This document shows positions 1 through 9,517 of a DNA stretch of 64,000 bases, piece after piece. Below the pieces are notes generated by a model. It did no database searches, was not told where the DNA came from, and saw only the letters and a list, made by a program, of their open reading frames with translations. Positions within the stretch are counted from its first letter, which is position 1. Every line of letters starts with the position of its first letter. This DNA comes from Candidatus Oxydemutatoraceae bacterium. GTDB taxonomy: Bacteria > Pseudomonadota > Gammaproteobacteria > Poriferisulfidales > Oxydemutatoraceae. Location of the stretch: positions 879,216-943,215 of the forward strand of contig OZ243039.1 in NCBI GenBank assembly GCA_965212025.1. Reading direction: 5' to 3'. The position numbers and the translations under genes were made by a program.

Positions 1-51
1 GTACCATGGCTCACGCCATTACAAGGAGCCGACTCAGGCTCAGGAGAAAAC

Positions 52-573
52 ATGTTGATTCAGACAGTGGGAACGCAGAGCATAGGGGCAGACAGAAAGG
101 CGCACGGGAGGCGAGCGCGCCGGCATGGGCAACTGGGATTTTCTACACTGGAAGTCTTGGTGGCGACTGTGATGATTGCGACATTGGTCGCAGGGGGAAT
201 CTATTACGCGAATATTGGTGAAAAAATAAACGCTGTAAATTTGGTGTCTATCAAAACTTCGGCGGTCGTACGTTTTCCCGAAGCAATTACGACTTCGTAT
301 GCGCTGAGAAACACGCTCGCCAACGTGACCCGGACGCACCTATCCGATACGGGTTCTGTGAGAGAAGACAAACCGGTTCCGTGGGCCGTGGTGGCAGAGG
401 GAAATGATGACCCATACTCTGTCCAAATGCGGTTTACGTTGGATACACAGGGGCAGGCAGAAGCATTGAACGCTTATTTGAACGGCAATGCGCAAACGAC
501 TTTGATCAGTGACTCCAGAATGAAAAGCTGTAGCCCGAAATACTGCGTAGACGTTAAGTACGCCATTGACTGA
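52..573 (+). CDS. Type IV pilin / pseudopilin-like protein with a long basic leader peptide
   Basis: The N-terminus MLIQTVGTQSIGADRKAHGRRARRHGQLG|FSTLEVLVATVMIATLVAG contains a class-III (prepilin) signal, G|FSTLE, followed by a hydrophobic helix. The mature part is about 144 aa. A Cys pair near the C-terminus (SCSPKYC) resembles the pilin D-region disulfide. AGGAG lies upstream of the ATG. Confidence 0.5.
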   Translation: MLIQTVGTQSIGADRKAHGRRARRHGQLGFSTLEVLVATVMIATLVAGGIYYANIGEKINAVNLVSIKTSAVVRFPEAITTSYALRNTLANVTRTHLSDTGSVREDKPVPWAVVAEGNDDPYSVQMRFTLDTQGQAEALNAYLNGNAQTTLISDSRMKSCSPKYCVDVKYAID

Positions 574-1777
574 GACGGTTTCTCAAGCCATGTTTGATCG
601 CTTTTTTTCCGGACTGAGCTACTGGCAGCTGACTTACTGGGACAGGCATGCCCTCCAGGTTCAAAAGGTTTACGCCAGGAATCGTGCCCAGGCGCTGGAG
701 CAGGTCGGCATTCCGCGGGACCGGGTGGTGGAAATACGGCGGTCAGTACGGTTTTCCTGGCGGGATTTGGTGATTCGCAGAGCCAGCACCACGAATGCGC
801 AATTGCTTTTTCTGGTTCAATTCTCGGCCTTGCTTTCCAGTTACCGTAACCTTGGGATCAACTCCCTGATTCAGGCCAGCCCTGAGTTCAGGCGTATTGC
901 GGTAAAGAACCCCGAAGCGTTGCGTGAAGACTTGGGTTTTAGCGTGAAGTTGACGCATCTGGGGTTTCCGAGACCGGTCACCGCCATCGTCAGCGCTGGC
1001 GAAAAAACGGGTCGCGTCAAGGAATGCGTTGAGGAAGCAGTGAAGTATTTGAAAACGGAGCTGGATATTGAGCGTAAGTCTTCCAAACACCTGGTGTTAA
1101 GTTTTTTGCTGTTTGGTCTGAGCGTGTCGGTTTTTTTCGGATTGCCTTTGTTTATAGGCGAGCCGCTGGCAACCTTGCAGTCAATTGACGAGATTCACTT
1201 GTCAGCGACCTGGGCTACAGGTGTGCTTTTGGCTACCAGCGAATTGTTGCGTGATGACTGGCTGCTTTTGATTGTCGGCGTGCTCGCCTTCCTGGGTCTG
1301 TCCTGGTTCTTCAGGGAGCGGTTGCTTCGCGTGTACCCGTTCAGGATTTTCGAACGTTACGCCAATTGTTCCCGTTCCATACGCCTGTTGATGGTTTGGC
1401 GCCCGTATCGCTTGGCGGGAGTGCCGTTGGAGCAGGAAAGTGCGGTGTTAAGAGCGGTGCTGGGAGAAAAAACCGGAACACAATTGCTGGTCGCCATGAG
1501 GCGGGGGGTTTCCCTCTACAAAGGGCTTGACGGGAGGTATTTCAGCCCATCCCTGATTGCGGTGAGTGGCGAACTGGCAAACACCAATTCGGAGGACTTC
1601 GATCGTATAACCGGGGTGCTCCTGGACTCACTGAGCGAGGAAAAACAGCTGATTTCGGAAAAGCTCGCCGCGTCACTTTATCTGGCGAGTATGGCACTTG
1701 CTTTCGGGATGATCGCGTTTCTCGCGCTTGGCCTGATTTACCCCATTCTCGGTGCCACAACGGGGATTGCTTTGTGA
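566..1777 (+). CDS. GspF/PilC-family inner-membrane platform protein (type II secretion / type IV pilus)
   Basis: The product is 403 aa. Three predicted TM helices sit near residues 170, 220 and 380 (LVLSFLLFGLSVSVFFGLPLF, LLLIVGVLAFLGLSWFF, LASMALAFGMIAFLALGLIYPILG), which matches GspF topology. The start overlaps the upstream pilin gene by 8 nt, suggesting an operon. No motif-level match was verified. Confidence 0.4.
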   Translation: MTETVSQAMFDRFFSGLSYWQLTYWDRHALQVQKVYARNRAQALEQVGIPRDRVVEIRRSVRFSWRDLVIRRASTTNAQLLFLVQFSALLSSYRNLGINSLIQASPEFRRIAVKNPEALREDLGFSVKLTHLGFPRPVTAIVSAGEKTGRVKECVEEAVKYLKTELDIERKSSKHLVLSFLLFGLSVSVFFGLPLFIGEPLATLQSIDEIHLSATWATGVLLATSELLRDDWLLLIVGVLAFLGLSWFFRERLLRVYPFRIFERYANCSRSIRLLMVWRPYRLAGVPLEQESAVLRAVLGEKTGTQLLVAMRRGVSLYKGLDGRYFSPSLIAVSGELANTNSEDFDRITGVLLDSLSEEKQLISEKLAASLYLASMALAFGMIAFLALGLIYPILGATTGIAL

Positions 1778-2193
1778 ACTTTGGGCGTGGGCAGCCGAGC
1801 GATTCCTTGGTGGGGGGAAGGGGGTACACCATTCTGGAGCTGCTGTCGGTCATGGCGACTGTGAGCGGGGTGTTAATCATGATGTTTGTCAGTCTTGAGG
1901 GACGGATGCAGGCTCTTTCCTGGAGCAGTGCGGCCCTGCAAAGTCGCCATCTCGCCACCCGGAGCCAGTTTGTGGGTCTGCCTTCGGGTTTTACAACAAC
2001 TCTGAATGCCGGCAAGGTTGAAGTGACGGTGCTTCGCGACAGCAGCGGTGTGGGGGCAGTGCACTTTTCTGCGCCCACCGGGGTGTTGCCAGCCTGGGCT
2101 GTGCGAAGCGCGGGCGGTGGGCTCACGGTCTTTTCGCAGCCGGCAAACACGATCCGGGCGCAGATCGACAAGAAAATTCTTTATGAAGAATAA
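1774..2193 (+). CDS. Prepilin-type N-terminal domain protein (minor pilin/pseudopilin)
   Basis: MNFGRGQPSDSLVGGRG|YTILELLSVMATVSGVLIMMFV carries a prepilin cleavage/methylation-like motif and a hydrophobic helix. It overlaps the previous gene by 4 nt. Confidence 0.4.
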   Translation: MNFGRGQPSDSLVGGRGYTILELLSVMATVSGVLIMMFVSLEGRMQALSWSSAALQSRHLATRSQFVGLPSGFTTTLNAGKVEVTVLRDSSGVGAVHFSAPTGVLPAWAVRSAGGGLTVFSQPANTIRAQIDKKILYEE

Positions 2194-3124
2194 AAAACTT
2201 CTTGGCCAAGGTCGAACTTCCGGCTTTACGCTCCTGGAGGTCATGGCCGCCACGGTTTTACTCTCGTTGCTGGCGGTTTTCTTTTATGCGCCCCAAGTGG
2301 CATCAGACGCACTACGCTTGCGCCGTATGCAGGCGGAAGTGGCGGTTGAGGAAATGAACCGCGTCGCGTATCTGTCTCAGCAGTGGGTTCTGAACAGGGA
2401 TGGGCAATGGCCTGGACAAAGCGGTGGTTGTGTTCTGGCGATTGCTGAGTTGGCGAGCACGGGCTTATTTGAATTGTCCGCCGCACAATCGCCTTTTTTT
2501 CGCGCCGGGGTGAAACGTTTTCCACGAGGCGCGCCGCTTGCCAGAGGCGAATACGGTCGTTATTACACGAGTTGCGATGCGCGAGTGTTTTCTGTGTCGC
2601 TCATGCTGGATGCAGAAAATGCGAAATGGGGAGACTACATCGCCAATTTGCTGGTGGGTTCGCGAATCGGTCGACACGAAGGTGGGACAGTCGTTTCCGT
2701 CGTGGCAAACTGGCCTCTTCCGGGAGCGATTCCGGCACTGGCCGCGTATGTAAGAAGAGACGCCCCCGCTTTTACCGGAGCCATGGGTTCCAACGTTGAT
2801 CTTGGCAGGCATGCGATTCTCAGCGCCAGCGACGTGGTGCTGCACAACGGGCATTCTCTGGGCAAGACCCTTCATTACGGGGCACAGCTTACTCCCGGAG
2901 CGTCGGTTCCCGAGCCGAATTGTGCGCCCGGCCTGGAACCCCAGATACTGACATCTTTCAATCATCTTCTGCACCGTAGCGGCAAGCCGCTGCATCTTGC
3001 AGAAGCCACGGTGCAACGGCTTTCGGACGGATGGGTCGTTGGCAGCAGAACCGTGGACTCTGACGGCACACTTGACGTCAATAACAACAACGTCAGGATC
3101 AATGTGCTGATTTACTGTAGCTGA
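2183..3124 (+). CDS. Prepilin-type N-terminal domain protein, larger minor pseudopilin-like
   Basis: An internal start (MKNKKLLGQGRTSG|FTLLEVMAATVLLSLLAVFF) is chosen over the longer ORF from 2048. It has a GFTLLE class-III signal. The product is about 314 aa. Confidence 0.4.
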   Translation: MKNKKLLGQGRTSGFTLLEVMAATVLLSLLAVFFYAPQVASDALRLRRMQAEVAVEEMNRVAYLSQQWVLNRDGQWPGQSGGCVLAIAELASTGLFELSAAQSPFFRAGVKRFPRGAPLARGEYGRYYTSCDARVFSVSLMLDAENAKWGDYIANLLVGSRIGRHEGGTVVSVVANWPLPGAIPALAAYVRRDAPAFTGAMGSNVDLGRHAILSASDVVLHNGHSLGKTLHYGAQLTPGASVPEPNCAPGLEPQILTSFNHLLHRSGKPLHLAEATVQRLSDGWVVGSRTVDSDGTLDVNNNNVRINVLIYCS

Positions 3125-3141
3125 CCTTGATGGAGGAAATT

Positions 3142-3654
3142 ATGCAAAAACAACTGTTTATTTTTATCGTGCTCGCATTGCTTGCCGCCAAGGCCTTGGC
3201 CTTTAGCTACACGAGTTGTTTGGCCGAGTCACAAGCGGCTCCATACGACATGAGTGTGGTTGCTGCTGCGTCGGTCTGCGACGCAAAAACCCGGTCTGGG
3301 GGGAGAGGGAAAGTCGGCAACGTGCTGCACTCCCTTAGTCCGCCGGGAAGCACCCTCAGTGCTGCAGATTTTGCCAGGAATTTTGACGAATATCTCAATA
3401 AGGCGAATCTCCGCACTGCCATATGCTATGACGGTTGTACGTACAAAAAGGTCACAATGCAGACCAGAAGGTGCTCTGGGTACAGCCCCCGATGCAAGGA
3501 TTGGGTGACTCGGGAGGTCTCGACGTACGTGCCCCAGTGCCCCTCAGGTTATGAACTGTTGCCGAATACGCTCGGGAATCTGACCCGGGCACATACCAGC
3601 CAGTTGCATGGTCCTCATGATCCGATGCGAACGGCCTTGTGTCGAAAAATTTGA
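3142..3654 (+). CDS. Small secreted cysteine-rich hypothetical protein
   Basis: A Sec-type signal peptide, MQKQLFIFIVLALLAAKALA|FSY, is followed by about 9 Cys in a mature domain of roughly 150 aa. It is the last gene of the pilus-like operon. No recognisable family. Confidence 0.35.
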   Translation: MQKQLFIFIVLALLAAKALAFSYTSCLAESQAAPYDMSVVAAASVCDAKTRSGGRGKVGNVLHSLSPPGSTLSAADFARNFDEYLNKANLRTAICYDGCTYKKVTMQTRRCSGYSPRCKDWVTREVSTYVPQCPSGYELLPNTLGNLTRAHTSQLHGPHDPMRTALCRKI

Positions 3655-3804
3655 GGGTGGCTGTTGGGGAGGCAGCTTGGCGGTAAAAGCCGGAGAACCA
3701 TGAGATTTAGACTCAATAGACAGAGTTCCGGTTTTGCGTCTGACAGCTTGCTTCAGGAGGCAGTGGCAGTGCGTGACCTGAAAGAAATGTCGTTGCAGTG
3801 ATTT

Positions 3805-5628
3805 TCAGCGGTACTTTCCGTAAATTTGCGCAAGCGAAGCACGGTAGTGCTCAAAGATTTTGGCTCGCTTCAGTTTCATGGTGGGTGTCAACAGGTCATT
3901 TTCCACGGTCCAGGGTTCCTGATCCAGAATGATGCCTCTGATGGCGGCGTGTGAGGAGTATTGTTCTGACAGTTTGGTGAAACGCTTTTTGATTGCCTTG
4001 TGCAGTTTCGGGTTCTGCAACCGCTCCGGCGATTTTGGGTGGATTTCCAGATGTTCCAGTTCTTTGGCGAGCTGCGCTTCGGAGACGACGGCCAATGCGA
4101 CCAAAAACGCCTGTCCCTCGCCATACACCATGACTTGCGACACGAGGGGATCGGTGAGCAGTTTGCGTTCCACGTTTGTCGGGGGGATTTTTTCGCCATT
4201 GCTCATGACGATGATGTCCTTTAGCCTGCCGATAATCGATATTCTTCCGTCTCTGGAAATACTGGCCTGATCGCCAGTGTGTAGCCAGCCTTGCTGATCC
4301 AGTACTTGGGCAGTTGCCTCGGGCTTATTCCAGTACCCCAGCATGACGGAAGGGCCACTGACCAGTAACTCCTGATTTTTGCCGATCCGGACTTTGACTC
4401 CCGGAATGGCTTCCCCGATGCTGCCAGGCACTGTGTCCCCAGGGCGGTTCAGAGAGACGACCGGGCTGTTTTCAGTGAGCCCGTAGCCTTGGCAGACCAT
4501 GAATCCCAAGGCAAGCAGCTTTTTTTCGGTTTCCGGGAATAACGGCGCGCCACCGCTGATGGCGATTCGCAAGTGTCCTCCCAGTCCAGCGCGAACCCGT
4601 CTGGCAAACAGTCGGTCAAGCAGCGGCCACAAAGCCGCCACCACCCATTTTGAGACACCGGGTGCGCGTATCCGGTAACAGCAGTTCAACAGGCATTTCG
4701 CAAGCTTGCCTTTGTGGTTTGCCGTCGTTTCCACACGTGTCAGAAACTGTTCATAAATTCTCGGCACCGACACGAGCATGGTCGGTTTGAAACGTTGCAA
4801 GTCGGTGCCCAGCTCCGGGATGGAGCGGTTGAACGCCACTTGGGCTCCAACGTATAGCGCCAGATAGTAGCCGGCAGTTCTTTCAAAGGAGTGTGAAAGC
4901 GGCAAAAAAGACAGCAGCAGGTTGTTGTTGTCTATTTTGATCGCCGACGCCGTGGCGCAGACGTTGGCGAGGATGTTGCGATGTGAAAGCATCACCCCCT
5001 TTGGTGCGCCTGTCGTTCCGGAGGTGTAAATGATGGTTGCCAGTTGGTCTGGCTTGCTGCGTATGGGTTGGTGCAGCATGGACGTCGTTTCAGGCAACCA
5101 TGAATCCAGTTTGGCGACCCGTTTGTCCGGAACCCGAGCCCCGTTTTTTGGGACTCCTCGCAGATAGAGCACTTTCCTCAAAGTGGGCAGACTTTGAGGT
5201 GTGGGCAGCAGTTCCTGGGCGTGGCGCAGTTTGGGCAGCAGCAACAGGCTGGCACCAGAATCAGTGACAATGTGTGACCAGTTGGCAATGCTGTCATCGT
5301 GAAACAGCGGTACCGAGACCATGCCTGCGGCCAGAGCCGCCTGGTCAAAAGCAATCCATTCAACGCAGTTTCGTAAGGCGATGGCAACCCGGGTTCCGGG
5401 CAGGAGGCCTTGCCCGTCAAAAGCGTTTTTCCAGCGTGCTGCCCGTGCGGCCACTGTCCTCCATGTCCACTTCTTCCACTCTTGTTCTTCTTCCTGCCAT
5501 TGCCAGTAAGCAATGCGATCAGGTGTTTTCCCGACCCGGGCTGCAAATAAGGTGTGAAGCGTGTCCCGTTCCCAATTTATTTTTACTCGCCGACTGTCCG
5601 CTTCCATACCTGGCAATTCTATCCGCAT
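3805..5628 (-). CDS. Long-chain-fatty-acid--CoA ligase (AMP-dependent synthetase)
   Basis: AMP-binding signature YTSGTTGAPKGVMLSHRNI is present, together with a GYGLTE motif and an overall acyl-CoA synthetase layout. The ORF extends to 5790, so the start is ambiguous (5628 or 5607 are candidates). Confidence 0.8.
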   Translation of the reverse strand: MRIELPGMEADSRRVKINWERDTLHTLFAARVGKTPDRIAYWQWQEEEQEWKKWTWRTVAARAARWKNAFDGQGLLPGTRVAIALRNCVEWIAFDQAALAAGMVSVPLFHDDSIANWSHIVTDSGASLLLLPKLRHAQELLPTPQSLPTLRKVLYLRGVPKNGARVPDKRVAKLDSWLPETTSMLHQPIRSKPDQLATIIYTSGTTGAPKGVMLSHRNILANVCATASAIKIDNNNLLLSFLPLSHSFERTAGYYLALYVGAQVAFNRSIPELGTDLQRFKPTMLVSVPRIYEQFLTRVETTANHKGKLAKCLLNCCYRIRAPGVSKWVVAALWPLLDRLFARRVRAGLGGHLRIAISGGAPLFPETEKKLLALGFMVCQGYGLTENSPVVSLNRPGDTVPGSIGEAIPGVKVRIGKNQELLVSGPSVMLGYWNKPEATAQVLDQQGWLHTGDQASISRDGRISIIGRLKDIIVMSNGEKIPPTNVERKLLTDPLVSQVMVYGEGQAFLVALAVVSEAQLAKELEHLEIHPKSPERLQNPKLHKAIKKRFTKLSEQYSSHAAIRGIILDQEPWTVENDLLTPTMKLKRAKIFEHYRASLAQIYGKYR

Positions 5629-5886
5629 CCTGAGCCGTTTTTTCTGAACAAAGCCATAGTGCCAGCCATTTCCGGGGTCGCCGAGATGAGGGCTGCCGAA
5701 TCGTCCAGAGGACAGCTTGCCTTCCCGGAGATGGGGATATCGTGCAAAAGCGGGGTCACGCCACTGACTTTGTCTCCAAGCTGGCTTCAAACCAGGAAAC
5801 CACTCTTTCTTCAGGTCGAAGGAAATTTTTCCAGGCTGATATCGGCGTTGATGTACCAGGTTTTGCAGGGATTAAAGCGTTACTGA

Positions 5887-5915
5887 TTGACATTGAAATA
5901 GAAATTTTGTAAAAG
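5887..5915 (+). promoter_or_regulatory. Candidate sigma70 promoter upstream of mraZ (Pmra-like)
   Basis: TTGACA at 5887-5892, a 17-bp spacer, then TAAAAG at 5910-5915, about 24 nt upstream of the mraZ ATG. The -10 element is weak. Confidence 0.3.
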
Positions 5916-5938
5916 ATAGTGGCTTTATTGTATGGGAT

Positions 5939-6460
5939 ATGGATAAGAAAATAGAAAGGTCAAACAGTTTTCGATTGAAAGACGCCTTTCAAGGCATAAA
6001 TAAATATCGTGTTGATGCCCGCGGCAGGCTGACTGTTCCGACAAAATTTCGGGAAATTATCGATGGGAAATATGGTGGGAAGCTTTTTATCACCATGAAT
6101 GTTATGGGCATGTCAATCTGTGTCTACCCTTACAGCCTTGCCGAAGAGATGTATGAAAACAGCCCAAATGTTGCTGCTCACGGAGACACAGTAAGCACAG
6201 GATTTAATGAATTTGTCCTGCCGGGAGAGGAATGCGAACCCGATGCGCAGGGCAGGCTTCTGATTCCCCTTATGTTACGTGAGTCTGCCGGCATTGCTGT
6301 GAACCAGGATGCTGTAGTGGTAGGCAAGGGAACCAGATTTGACGTCTGGAATGCAGAAAAATGGCAACTGCAAAGAGAGTTGTGGAAGAAAGAAATATCT
6401 GTGGCCAAGCCTGAAGAGTTCAAATCGGTGCTGACGGCGCTGGGGATGTCGAATCTGTGA
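5939..6460 (+). CDS. mraZ: Transcriptional regulator MraZ
   Basis: Two MraZ-type repeats are present (DARGRLTVPTKFRE and DAQGRLLIPLMLRE). It is the first gene of the dcw cluster. Confidence 0.8.
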   Translation: MDKKIERSNSFRLKDAFQGINKYRVDARGRLTVPTKFREIIDGKYGGKLFITMNVMGMSICVYPYSLAEEMYENSPNVAAHGDTVSTGFNEFVLPGEECEPDAQGRLLIPLMLRESAGIAVNQDAVVVGKGTRFDVWNAEKWQLQRELWKKEISVAKPEEFKSVLTALGMSNL

Positions 6461-7483
6461 GTGTTTGCGGAAAGATGTTTTGTGCTGTCTTGGCAAATTT
6501 GCGCACTGTTTGCCGGAAGCAAGAGACTTTTTGTGTCCGATTCTGTTGATGATGCGGATTTTCATCGCCCGGTAATGGAGAAGGAATTGCTGGAGGCTCT
6601 GCAAATAAAACCGGATGGATGCTATCTGGATGCAACTTACGGGCGCGGTGGGCACAGTCAGGCAGTCCTTGAGCGACTGGAACCGAGCGGTCGTCTTTTG
6701 GTTTTTGACAAAGACCCGCAGGCATGCGAGCACGCCCACAGGCGCTTTGCCCGCGACCCGCGCTTTAAAGTTCGGCAGGCCTCTTTTGCCTGCCTGGCAG
6801 AACTGGTAGACGATGGTTCTCGCTTTGATGGTGTGTTTTTTGATTTGGGGGTGTCGACCCCGCAACTCAACGATGCGCAAAGAGGTTTCAGCTTTCAGAA
6901 GGATGGTCCTTTGGATATGCGTATGGATCACACCCGGGGTTATCCGGTTTCCGAATGGCTGGAAGAGGCTTCGTCAGCGGAGATTTGCCAAGTGTTGCGA
7001 AAATACGGAGAAGAACCACGGGCGATGCAAGTCGCCCGAGCCATCAAATCTGGCTCGCCTCCCAAAACGACTCTTGATTTGGTACAAATCGTCAAGGCAT
7101 CGGTAGCGACGGGATCGGCAATGAAAAAACACCCTGCAACGCGGGTTTTTTTGGCTCTACGCATGTTCCTGAACAGGGAACTTGAGGAGTTGCAGGAAGC
7201 CTTGGAAGCGGTTCTCTGTCTTTTGAAACCCGGCGGCAAGGTGGTGGTGATCACTTTTCATTCGCTGGAAGACCGTATTGTCAAACAGTTTATGCGCAGG
7301 CATGGCACACGCTTCAGTCCCGACCCTCACAAGGCGGGTGCGAAAAAAGAAAGCCGCTCCAATAAAACTTTGCAATGGAACGGAAAGTGCCTGTTTTCAA
7401 GCCACGAAGAAGTAGCGGCGAATCCCCGCGCACGCAGTGCACGTTTGCGCGTGGCGGAAAAAGTGTCACAGACCTGTGCCTGA
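6461..7483 (+). CDS. rsmH: 16S rRNA (cytosine1402-N4)-methyltransferase RsmH (MraW)
   Basis: YLDATYGRGGHSQAVLERL is a SAM-binding motif with the layout typical of RsmH. The true start is probably the in-frame GTG at 6533. Confidence 0.85.
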   Translation: MFAERCFVLSWQICALFAGSKRLFVSDSVDDADFHRPVMEKELLEALQIKPDGCYLDATYGRGGHSQAVLERLEPSGRLLVFDKDPQACEHAHRRFARDPRFKVRQASFACLAELVDDGSRFDGVFFDLGVSTPQLNDAQRGFSFQKDGPLDMRMDHTRGYPVSEWLEEASSAEICQVLRKYGEEPRAMQVARAIKSGSPPKTTLDLVQIVKASVATGSAMKKHPATRVFLALRMFLNRELEELQEALEAVLCLLKPGGKVVVITFHSLEDRIVKQFMRRHGTRFSPDPHKAGAKKESRSNKTLQWNGKCLFSSHEEVAANPRARSARLRVAEKVSQTCA

Positions 7484-7772
7484 CAGGCAGACGAAAACAC
7501 CGTTGGCGTACTTTTTCGGCTGGCAGGGAATGGTTTTGTTGCTTTTTTTGTCGCTCATGCTGACCCAGATTTTTGTAAAGCACCGCTATCAAAAGCTTCA
7601 AAGTGAATTGCAGGCGGCGATGCTCCAACAAAATCACCTGGAACACGAGCATCAACAGTATTTGCTGGAACGTGAGATTCACCTGGACAGTGACCGGATA
7701 AAGAGACGGGCAAGAGTGGAACTGGGCATGCAAACTCCGCAAAGGCTTACGGTGGGGAAGCTGTCGCTATAG
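7437..7772 (+). CDS. ftsL: Cell division protein FtsL
   Basis: A short cytoplasmic N-terminus is followed by a TM segment (MVLLLFLSLMLTQIFV) and a coiled-coil leucine/glutamine-rich C-terminus, and the gene sits between rsmH and ftsI. The start could instead be 7530, since the ORF as given overlaps rsmH by 47 nt. Confidence 0.65.
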   Translation: MHVCAWRKKCHRPVPDRQTKTPLAYFFGWQGMVLLLFLSLMLTQIFVKHRYQKLQSELQAAMLQQNHLEHEHQQYLLEREIHLDSDRIKRRARVELGMQTPQRLTVGKLSL

Positions 7773-7774
7773 CC

Positions 7775-9517
7775 ATGGTGCGCAAGCCAAAGCGGGGGAA
7801 GAAATCCGGAAGCATTTCTCGCCCTTGGCGATATATTTTTGTGCTGTGCCTGTTTGCGGTTGCCAACCTGGGCGTGCTGGCGCGGGTGCTGTATTTGCAG
7901 CAGTTTTCCGGCGACATGTTGTTGGCGGAGGGAAAGGCACTGTATCAACGCACGGAGACCATTCCTGCCAAACGCGGAAAGATTCTGGACCGGAACGGCA
8001 AGTTGCTCGCCATCAGTGCGCCGGTCGTGGATGTCTACGTGGACAGGGCGCGGTTTGATTTCTCGGACAAGAGTTACAAAACACTTGCCGGGGCGCTGAA
8101 GCTTTCGGTTCGCTCTTTGGAGAAGAAGGTGCAATCCTCCGCCAAGAAAGGTTCCGTATCCGTGAAATTGGGTCTGCCGCCAAGCCAGGGTCAAAGCCTG
8201 AAAGCCTTGAGAATCCCCGGTCTTTCCATCGTCGACCGGTACGAGCGTTATTACCCCTTTATGGAAGTCGCGGCGCACGTCACGGGCTATCTGGAAAGAT
8301 ATGGTGGTGGAATTGAGGGGATTGAGAAATCCTTTGACGGTGTTATGAAAGGGAGTGAAGGCAGGCGTGTGGTTTGGCAGGATATTCTTGGGTGGAGGGT
8401 TGATGAATCAGACACAGCAGGAAGCCATGACGCGAAACCAGGTCAGGACGTTGTCTTAAGCATTGATACCCGCATCCAGCACCTTGCCTACCGCGCACTG
8501 GATAGGGCTCTGAAGCAGCACGATGCCGAGTCAGGCTCTGTGGTGGTACTGGATTGCAAAACGGGTGAGGTGCTGGCGATGGTGAACCTGCCTGCCTACA
8601 ACCCCAACTACCGCGGTGACATGTTCCCCGGCAGGGTGCGCAACAGTGCGCTGATTGACGCTTACGAACCGGGCTCAACGATCAAGCCTTTTGTCATGGC
8701 GGCTTTGTTGGAGGGAGGACACGCCACGCCTGAAAGTGTTGTGGACACGTCTCCCGGACGCCGAAGAATTGGCAATTTCGTGATTGGTGATATACGCAAT
8801 TACGGGAAATTGAGCCTTGCCGCGGTGATCGTCAAGTCCAGCAATGTCGGGATCAGCCGCTTTGCGGAAAGAATGCCTGAGAAAACACTCAGGGAGGTTT
8901 TCAGCCGGATAGGCTTGGGACAAATGCCTGGCACCGGGTTCCCCGGGGAGAGCATGGGGAGGTTGCCTCACTTTGATAAAAATACAAAAGTGGAGTTTCT
9001 CGCGGCTTCCTACGGTTATGGCTTCTCCTCTTCTCTGTTACAGCTGGCTCACGCTTACACGGTATTCGCGAACGATGGCTGGCAACCGTACCTGAGCCTG
9101 TTGAAAAACGAGGTCGGTACCGGTCGGCGTGAAATTTTTGCCCCGAAGGTCGCGCATCAGGTCAGAGCGGTTTTGCGCGAAGTTGTGAGTGCCGGAGGCA
9201 CGGGGTCAAGAGCGCAACTCAGCGGCTATTCTGCGGCTGGAAAAACTGGAACCGTTCGTGTTTACGGCAAGGGGAAATATCAGGAAGGGGAATTCAATTC
9301 CACTTTCGCGGGATTTGCCCCGGCGGTTCAGGCAAGATTGTCGGTGGCGGTGATGATTCGCGAGCCAAGCAAAGAAGCGTATTTTGGCGGCGAAGTGGCG
9401 GCACCGGTTTTCTCTGAAATTGCGGAACAGGCTTTGCGGATTCTTGGGGTTCCGGAAGACATGCCGATCAATGACTGGGAAAAATGGTCACGCCTTGAGG
9501 TGGTGAATGCTCGCTGA
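7775..9517 (+). CDS. ftsI: Peptidoglycan D,D-transpeptidase FtsI (PBP3)
   Basis: An N-terminal TM segment is followed by the transpeptidase motifs STIKP, SSN and KTGT. Confidence 0.9.
   Translation: MVRKPKRGKKSGSISRPWRYIFVLCLFAVANLGVLARVLYLQQFSGDMLLAEGKALYQRTETIPAKRGKILDRNGKLLAISAPVVDVYVDRARFDFSDKSYKTLAGALKLSVRSLEKKVQSSAKKGSVSVKLGLPPSQGQSLKALRIPGLSIVDRYERYYPFMEVAAHVTGYLERYGGGIEGIEKSFDGVMKGSEGRRVVWQDILGWRVDESDTAGSHDAKPGQDVVLSIDTRIQHLAYRALDRALKQHDAESGSVVVLDCKTGEVLAMVNLPAYNPNYRGDMFPGRVRNSALIDAYEPGSTIKPFVMAALLEGGHATPESVVDTSPGRRRIGNFVIGDIRNYGKLSLAAVIVKSSNVGISRFAERMPEKTLREVFSRIGLGQMPGTGFPGESMGRLPHFDKNTKVEFLAASYGYGFSSSLLQLAHAYTVFANDGWQPYLSLLKNEVGTGRREIFAPKVAHQVRAVLREVVSAGGTGSRAQLSGYSAAGKTGTVRVYGKGKYQEGEFNSTFAGFAPAVQARLSVAVMIREPSKEAYFGGEVAAPVFSEIAEQALRILGVPEDMPINDWEKWSRLEVVNAR

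Noticed and set aside
6-339. ORFs 6..221 (+) and 40..339 (-) at the window start
   Set aside because: They overlap the pilin gene start region and have no motif support.
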